From positions 224,001 through 288,000 of the forward strand of contig CAWBZI010000004.1 in assembly GCA_963793265.1 (NCBI GenBank): a DNA stretch of 64,000 nt, in the 5' to 3' direction. How positions within the stretch are numbered: the stretch's first letter is position 1; each line of letters opens with the position of its first letter. Below are positions 58,022 to 64,000 of the stretch, piece by piece. Made by a program: the position numbers and the translations under genes. The notes under the pieces were generated by a model. The model was not told the DNA's origin. It saw nothing but the letters and a program-made list of their open reading frames with translations, and made no database searches. The DNA comes from an uncultured cyanobacterium (GTDB lineage Bacteria > Cyanobacteriota > Cyanobacteriia > Phormidesmidales > Phormidesmidaceae).

Positions 58022-59704
58022 TTAAGTTGCAGCCGGGATGGGAACGCCGTGCTCGTATAGCTCGTCGGGATCTTCTTCAGCAATGTAGCCCAAGCCGTAG
58101 TCGTAGGGGCCGGTTTTCAAAACAGGCAGCTCTTCAAAGTTCTCAATGTGAGGCGGCGAAAGCGTTTGCCATTCCATTGTGAGCGCTCGCCATGGGTTAG
58201 CGGGGGCTTTAGGGCCATATTTCCAAGACCAGGCGGCGTTGATGAGGAAGGGAATGGTCGAAACCGCCATGATATAAGAGCCGATGGTCGCAAGCACGTT
58301 GAGATCGGTGAACTGCGGATCGTAGAGGGCGATGCGGCGGTTCATGCCCATCAGGCCGAGTTCGTGCATGGGCATGAAGGTGAGGTTCATGCCGACGAAG
58401 GTGAGGGTGAAGTGAATCTTGCCCCAAAATTCGTTCATCATGTGGCCGGTCATTTTGGGGAACCAGTGGTAAACAGCCATGAATACGCCGAATACGGAGG
58501 CTCCAAAGAGAACGTAGTGGAAGTGGGCGACAACAAAGTAGGTGTCGTGGACGTGAATGTCGAAGGGGACGGCGGCGAGCATGACGCCGCTGATGCCGCC
58601 GATGAGGAAGAGGGAGATAAAGCCGAGGGCAAATAGCATGGCGCTGGTGAAAGCGATTTTGCCGCGCCAAAGGGTCGCAACCCAGCCGAATACTTTAATG
58701 CCGGTAGGGACGGCGATGACCATGGTGGTGATCATGAAGAACATGCGCAGCCAGGGTGGAGTGCCGCTGGTGAACATGTGGTGAGCCCATACGATTAGGC
58801 CCAAGAAGCTGATGACGATGGAGGAGTAGGCGATCGCACGATATCCAAAGATAGGCTTACGCGCATGAACCGAAATCACCTCACTAATCGCGCCAAACAG
58901 CGGCAGCACGAAAATGTAGACCGCCGGGTGGGAGTAAAACCAGAACATATGCTGGTAAACCACCGGATTACCGCCACCTGTCGGGTTGAAGAAGGCGGTA
59001 CCGGCTAACAGGTCAAAGGCTAATAGGATCAGCGCACCTGCTAACACTGGCGTACTGATTAAAATCAGCAGGGAAGTGGCGATCATTGCCCAGCAGAACA
59101 AAGGCATATCTGTTAAGGACATGCTCGGTACGCGCATTTTTAGAATGGTGACCAAAAAGTTCAGTCCGCCTAAAATGGAGGCGGTTCCACCTACCAGAAT
59201 GCTCATAATCCAAATGCCTTCGCCCACTGCGCCTGTCGTGAGGCTCAGCGGTGGGTAGGAAGTCCAGCCTGCTTGAGGCGGCTCGAAGAAGAAGCTGCTG
59301 ATGAGCAGAAGGCCGGAAGGGGGGATCATCCAGAAGGCGATCGCATTCAGCCTTGGAAAGGCCATATCGCGCGCGCCAATCATCAGCGGGATCAGGTAGT
59401 TCGCCAGGCCCGCGCCCGCAGGCACAATCCACAAAAACAGCATGACCGTGCCGTGCAGCGTCAGCATACCGTTGTAAACATCAGGCGTCACAATATCAGG
59501 AGCCGGGGTCGCCAGCTCCGTCCGCATAACGGTCGCCAGCGAGCCGCCGACCAAATAGAAGAAAAATGCGGTCACAAGGTACTGAATACCAATGACCTTA
59601 TGATCGGTGCAAAAAGTGAAGTAGTCAGTCCATTTGCGCTCGTTGCCCAAGAGCATCGGCACGTCTGACCGGGATGATTGAGGTGCTTCTGTAGTAGCTG
59701 TCAT
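58022..59704 (-). CDS. ctaD: Cytochrome c oxidase subunit I
   Basis: TDHKVIG, HGTVM, GWTSYPPL, WFYSHPAVY, WAHHMF, HDTYFVVAHFHYV. Confidence 0.98.
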   Translation of the reverse strand: MTATTEAPQSSRSDVPMLLGNERKWTDYFTFCTDHKVIGIQYLVTAFFFYLVGGSLATVMRTELATPAPDIVTPDVYNGMLTLHGTVMLFLWIVPAGAGLANYLIPLMIGARDMAFPRLNAIAFWMIPPSGLLLISSFFFEPPQAGWTSYPPLSLTTGAVGEGIWIMSILVGGTASILGGLNFLVTILKMRVPSMSLTDMPLFCWAMIATSLLILISTPVLAGALILLAFDLLAGTAFFNPTGGGNPVVYQHMFWFYSHPAVYIFVLPLFGAISEVISVHARKPIFGYRAIAYSSIVISFLGLIVWAHHMFTSGTPPWLRMFFMITTMVIAVPTGIKVFGWVATLWRGKIAFTSAMLFALGFISLFLIGGISGVMLAAVPFDIHVHDTYFVVAHFHYVLFGASVFGVFMAVYHWFPKMTGHMMNEFWGKIHFTLTFVGMNLTFMPMHELGLMGMNRRIALYDPQFTDLNVLATIGSYIMAVSTIPFLINAAWSWKYGPKAPANPWRALTMEWQTLSPPHIENFEELPVLKTGPYDYGLGYIAEEDPDELYEHGVPIPAAT

Positions 59705-59806
59705 AGGGTGTTGCTAAAAAAGGACAAGGTTTTAGAATTTTGTCCGTACAAGAAAGGAAGATGTCCGTACTAAGAAAGGAAAATTCATTAACTAACTTGG
59801 GATCGT

Positions 59807-60814
59807 CTAGTTAGCGTCTGTGTGCTGATGTCCGTCATGATGATGACCTTCGTGCAGTGCCACTAAAGTCTCTGGTGACATAGCGAGCTGCATCGGCTCA
59901 ACAAACGTATTCAAGTACTCTGCCTCTGTTCTATCAGCCGGAGCCTTGGGCAAATTCGCAATCGTATTGTCGCCATTCGCCATCGCCGTAACGCGACTAT
60001 CAACCCACTCAGCGTATTCATCAGCCGACTGCACAATAATCTGCGTTCTCATACCGCCGTGATAGGGGCCACATAGCTCTGCGCATACCACCGGATACGT
60101 GCCTTCTTTAATGGCATTGAACACAAGCTTGGTGTCTTGCCCAGGGATCATGTCTTGCTTAATGCGAAACTCAGGGAGCCAGAAGGCATGAAGGACATCT
60201 TCTGCGTTCAAGTTCAGCTCCACAGGCGTATCTACCGGCACGTGCAGCTCGCCATCGACAATGCCGTTGGGATAGTTGAAGATAAACGCATACTGTAAGC
60301 CCTTCACCTCAACAGAAAGCAGCGCATCACCATCTTCGCCAGGCATCATGCCCATACCGGCAGCAGCATCTGCCATAAGCGGCATACTGCCATCGCCAGG
60401 TGCATAGGCGACCTGCACAGCGGCTTTGTCGGTAGGAGCCATGCTGTGATTCATCAAATCCAGGCCGCCCATGCGAGTGTAAATGTCGAAGCTATAGATA
60501 GAGATGCCAAGCACGACAACGGCTGGGATCGCTGTCCAAACAATCTCTAAAGGAATGTTGCCTTCTAGGTGTTCGCCATCGCCCATGTCGCCCTTTTCGC
60601 GGCGAAAGCGAAAGGCCGCGACCAAAAGCGCACCTTCTACCAGCAAAAACAAGCCAAAGCCAATGGTCATCATCGTATTGAACAGCCCGTCTACCAGTTC
60701 AGCCTCGGCAGACGCTGCGACGGGTAGCAAACCATGATTTTGGCCATACCAGAGGCTAGCCAAGGTAACGGCAATACCTACTAAAAGGGTCAGAATAGAA
60801 CTGGGAATCTTCAC
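59807..60814 (-). CDS. ctaC: Cytochrome c oxidase subunit II (CuA)
   Basis: LEIVWTAIP, DVLHAFW and CAELCGPYHGGM CuA motif. GTG start. Confidence 0.96.
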   Translation of the reverse strand: MKIPSSILTLLVGIAVTLASLWYGQNHGLLPVAASAEAELVDGLFNTMMTIGFGLFLLVEGALLVAAFRFRREKGDMGDGEHLEGNIPLEIVWTAIPAVVVLGISIYSFDIYTRMGGLDLMNHSMAPTDKAAVQVAYAPGDGSMPLMADAAAGMGMMPGEDGDALLSVEVKGLQYAFIFNYPNGIVDGELHVPVDTPVELNLNAEDVLHAFWLPEFRIKQDMIPGQDTKLVFNAIKEGTYPVVCAELCGPYHGGMRTQIIVQSADEYAEWVDSRVTAMANGDNTIANLPKAPADRTEAEYLNTFVEPMQLAMSPETLVALHEGHHHDGHQHTDAN

Positions 60815-61523
60815 AGTGTTTCGCTTCAGATCTCAATAGATCTGTTGTTTGGGTTTTGTGCTTATGTCTTGAAAACGGCCCTTGTGAAACACTTTTTCTT
60901 CGGTTTCTTGAGGGCTTTTTGCTGGCAGATGATAGCGCGACCGCTGAGGTGGGCTCATCGCCTATACAAGGTAGCGTTCTTTTGATAGATATGAATCGTT
61001 TTTTAAGGGATGTGTTGGGCTTTAACCTTTTCTTCAGAATCTCTTATATGGCACGTATAAAAAGAGTCCGTAAAACAGGAGATCAGACAATATTAAAACT
61101 GCCCTCTTTTGATACAAAACGCTACAAAAAAACTTGATTATAGCCTTCTCCTATCGCTACCTCAGCTTTGCCTTCATCGACTGTATCTAACACTACTAAC
61201 AGCTCGGCCTCAATCCAGCAGAAAATCTTTATAATCTAATAAGTACAAGGCTTTTGAGCGCGCCGTTCTTTCAAAAACCGCCTGAAACCGCCTCGGTATT
61301 CTGTCTGGAATGATGATTAATTGTTAAGCAACGTAAAATCAAAGGCGGCTAATCGGAAGAAAATGTCTACAACGGAAGAATATTCCTTTGATTGCGTTAT
61401 ATTCTCATCGGCAGAAGATTCTAGATAGTCATTTAGACAAGCCTCTAACTTGCGGCTTTAAATCTACGGCTTCGAGTCTCTAGTAAGAAAACTTTGTTCT
61501 CTCTTTTTGCTCTTTCTGTTTTT

Positions 61524-62510
61524 ATGGCAAACCCCAGCTTTTCAAGCACTCCTTTCTCTCCTAAGTCTGCTGACGAATCTTTGGGTGGTTCGCCCGCTTT
61601 TTCGCCCCAGACTTTGATTAGACGATGGGTGTGGAAAATGGCGATCGCAACCCTCCTACTCATGGCCGTCGGCAGCGCCACCCGCGTAATGAACGCCGGA
61701 CTGGCCTGCCCCGACTGGCCCTTATGCTACGGCCAGCTAGTCCCCACCGCTCAAATGAACCTGCAAGTGTTCTTAGAGTGGTTTCACCGCTTAGACGCCT
61801 CTTTAATTGGGCTAATGGCGATTGGGCTGGTGGGCTTAAGCGCCTGGTATCGCAAGGATTTACCCACCTGGCTCCCTTGGGCCTCTCTGGTTGCACTGTT
61901 CTTAATTGTTGTGCAGGGCATTTTAGGCGGCCTTACCGTAATTGAGTTGCTGCGGTTTGACATTGTTACCGCTCATTTAGGCACCGCCCTATTGTTCTTT
62001 TGTACGCTGCTGACGATTGGCATGGCGCTACTGCCCTATCAGCCAACTGGGAATGCGGGCAAGCTGCCCTGGCTAGGCATGGCAGCAGCGGTGCTGGTGT
62101 ACTGTCAGAGCATTATCGGCGGACTGGTCGGCTCTCGCTGGGCCGCGCATCAGTGCTTTGGTGTAGCTGACTTGTGTAACGTAATGAACTCTCACATTGC
62201 TGGCGTAGTGCCACCGACGCTAGCCGTTGTCGCTCTTGTTATTAGCGTATGGCGTCGGCCTGCTTTGAACAGCGGCCTGCGAAATCTGGCCAATGCAGCG
62301 GGCCTGCTCGTTGTCTTGCAAATTGCTTTAGGCGTAGCGACTTTCAAGCTACGGCTTCAGGTAGAGCCCTTGACCGTATGCCATCAGGCTATTGGTGCGG
62401 CGCTGCTAGGCACCTTAGTTTGCTTTACAGTGCTATCCCTTCGCGACTTCTTGGCTCAAAGAGACGTACGAAAAAACATCCTGCTGACGACGGCCTCGTC
62501 TATCTCCTAG
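61524..62510 (+). CDS. ctaA: Heme A synthase (COX15/CtaA)
   Basis: GSATRVMNAGLACPDWPLC, EWFHR, QGILGGLTV, VTAHL. Confidence 0.94.
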   Translation: MANPSFSSTPFSPKSADESLGGSPAFSPQTLIRRWVWKMAIATLLLMAVGSATRVMNAGLACPDWPLCYGQLVPTAQMNLQVFLEWFHRLDASLIGLMAIGLVGLSAWYRKDLPTWLPWASLVALFLIVVQGILGGLTVIELLRFDIVTAHLGTALLFFCTLLTIGMALLPYQPTGNAGKLPWLGMAAAVLVYCQSIIGGLVGSRWAAHQCFGVADLCNVMNSHIAGVVPPTLAVVALVISVWRRPALNSGLRNLANAAGLLVVLQIALGVATFKLRLQVEPLTVCHQAIGAALLGTLVCFTVLSLRDFLAQRDVRKNILLTTASSIS

Positions 62511-62601
62511 TTGCATGTAGCTGGCTTTACGCTGCTAAGTCGCGTTTCACCTACAAACATTCCGACGAACCTTTTGAAGAAGATCACCCTCTAATATCAC
62601 T

Positions 62602-63585
62602 ATGCAAACTTCCCCCACTTGGGCCTCTCGAAGACACCATGACAGCTTTGGCGAAGTGATTCGCAGCTACATGCAGCTTACTAAACCCCGCATTATTCCG
62701 CTGCTGCTAATTGAAACAGCGGCAGGCATGTGGGTTGCTGGTCAAGGGCGCGTGAGTCCTGCTTTGCTGCTAATTACGCTGTTGAGCGGTACGCTGGCTG
62801 CGGCCTCAGCGCAAACAATCAACTGCATTTACGATCGCGATATTGACTACGATATGGAGCGTACGCGCAGCCGTCCAATCCCATCTGGTCGTATACAGCC
62901 AAAAGATGCGCTGGTGTTTGCGATTGTGATGGCGGTGATGTCTTTTGCGCTGCTAGCGACGTTCGCTAATTTGCTAAGCGCTAGCCTGGCGATGTTGGGC
63001 ATTGCCGTTTATATCGGCGTGTACACAACCTGGCTGAAGCGGTCTTCTCCTCAAAATATTGTGATTGGTGGTGCAGCCGGTGCGATTCCGCCTTTGGTAG
63101 GTTGGGCTGCGGTCACAGGCGGGTTGAGCCTTGCGGCCTGGGTTATTTTTGCGATTGTGTTCGTTTGGACGCCGCCCCATTTTTGGGCTTTGGCGATGCT
63201 GATTCAAGATGACTATGCAAAGGTGAACGTGCCGATGCTGCCGGTAGTGGTAGGGAATAAGGCCACGGCAAGTCAGATTTGGCGCTATACGGTTGGATTG
63301 GTGCCTTTGACGCTGGTATTGGTCTATCCTCTAGGCGTTTGCGGTGTGGTGTATGCCATGGGTGCTTCTGCGCTGGGCTATTTGTTCTTGAAAAAGGCGT
63401 GGGCTTTGCGCAATAGCTACGACGATCGCGACTTGGCACGTGGCACATTTAAGTACTCTATCTTCTATATGATGTTGCTCTCTGTGGTGATGGTGATTGA
63501 TTCGCTACCCGTGGTTCGCTTCGGCATTGCTTCTTTGGCCAGCGGTGTACAATCCGTCTTAGCTTCGATCCCGATGATTGGGTGA
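62602..63585 (+). CDS. ctaB: Protoheme IX farnesyltransferase (heme O synthase)
   Basis: LTKPRII, NCIYDRDID..MERT..RPIPSG, NIVIGGAAG, WTPPHFWAL, DDY. Confidence 0.96.
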   Translation: MQTSPTWASRRHHDSFGEVIRSYMQLTKPRIIPLLLIETAAGMWVAGQGRVSPALLLITLLSGTLAAASAQTINCIYDRDIDYDMERTRSRPIPSGRIQPKDALVFAIVMAVMSFALLATFANLLSASLAMLGIAVYIGVYTTWLKRSSPQNIVIGGAAGAIPPLVGWAAVTGGLSLAAWVIFAIVFVWTPPHFWALAMLIQDDYAKVNVPMLPVVVGNKATASQIWRYTVGLVPLTLVLVYPLGVCGVVYAMGASALGYLFLKKAWALRNSYDDRDLARGTFKYSIFYMMLLSVVMVIDSLPVVRFGIASLASGVQSVLASIPMIG

Positions 63586-63622
63586 TAATAGGACATGTAT
63601 CGTTTAGCCCCTGTATGAACCC

Positions 63623-64000
63623 ATGGCTCCCGCTGTTTTAGTTGAAAATCTCAAGAAGTCATATGGCAGCGTTGATGCTGTTAAAGATGTCTCTTTTGCA
63701 ATTGAGCCGGGTGAGATTTTCGGCCTGTTAGGGCCAAATGGCGCGGGGAAAACAACGACAATTCGGTGCCTTTGTACGCTGATGACACCGGATGCCGGGC
63801 GGCTAGAGCTAAACGGAATTTCTGTGCTAGACGATCCTCGAATGGCTCGGCAGATGTTGGGCTACATTGCCCAAGAGGTAGCTTTGGATAAAGTGCTCAC
63901 AGGGCGAGAGCTGCTAGAGCTTCAGGCGGCAATTTATCATTTGCCGAAGGCTAAGATTAAGGCGCGGATAGCGCAGATGCTTGATTTGCTTGAGATTGCT
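63623..64000 (+). CDS. ABC transporter ATP-binding protein, DrrA-like (3'-partial)
   Basis: My translation from ATG 63623: MAPAVLVENLKKSYGSVDAVKDVSFAIEPGEIFGLLGPNGAGKTTTIRCL (Walker A). Runs off the window end. Confidence 0.9.
   Translation, partial: MAPAVLVENLKKSYGSVDAVKDVSFAIEPGEIFGLLGPNGAGKTTTIRCLCTLMTPDAGRLELNGISVLDDPRMARQMLGYIAQEVALDKVLTGRELLELQAAIYHLPKAKIKARIAQMLDLLEIA

Larger units (their letters stand above)
219..61648. repeat. Dispersed HIP1 octamer GCGATCGC (many dozens of copies)
   Basis: Seen directly, e.g. 219-226, 38886-38893, 40598-40605, 43619-43626, 47132-47139, 52134-52141, 54232-54239, 58830-58837, 61641-61648. Hallmark of many cyanobacterial genomes. Confidence 0.97.

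Noticed and set aside
58148..59668. Several long overlapping or antisense ORFs within ctaD (similar ones occur in other genes)
   Set aside because: Explained by stop-codon scarcity in locally GC-rich, skewed tracts; the translations are low-complexity with no family motifs.
57383..60814. Oxidase operon as the alternative respiratory terminal oxidase (ARTO)
   Set aside because: Subunit II keeps the full CuA motif (H...CxExCGxxHxxM) and ctaA/ctaB are adjacent, consistent with the aa3-type cytochrome c oxidase.
60856..61137. 93-aa ORF in the ctaC/ctaA divergent region
   Set aside because: No recognisable motif or RBS and it sits in AT-rich promoter DNA; probably spurious, although a small protein cannot be excluded.

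Overview
64 kb of a cyanobacterial chromosome. The evidence is the dense HIP1 octamer GCGATCGC, the flv3-flv1 pair, and ctaCDE with a divergent ctaAB; a Leptolyngbya/Phormidesmis-like lineage is only my inference. It holds about 60 CDS, mostly core: scpA (partial), argB, aroK, aroE, hisH, upp, yggT, yaaA, rsmD, flv3/flv1, menF-menD-menH, ctaCDE, ctaA/ctaB and a partial ABC ATPase. There are also signalling genes (GAF-PAS-GGDEF-EAL, REC-GAF-PP2C plus an anti-sigma kinase, a Ser/Thr kinase), a speD-speE fusion with a ureohydrolase, and two paralogous carbohydrate-binding/beta-helix genes. I found no rRNA, tRNA, CRISPR array, transposase or prophage. Main observations: (1) local base skew flips at HIP1 sites (G/T-rich 5', C/A-rich 3') whatever the gene orientation, suggesting a HIP1-anchored strand-asymmetric repair or recombination process; (2) a chimeric junction at the 3' end of the malectin/beta-helix gene, with two synonymously diverged 50-bp copies and a stranded original C-terminus; (3) an internally deleted PIN-type toxin beside an intact DUF433 antitoxin; (4) +1 frameshifts in menD and in the EAL gene, possibly sequencing errors; (5) candidate structured elements upstream of the lipase gene and flv3. 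All family calls are from motif recognition by eye and all counts are by hand; no searches were run.
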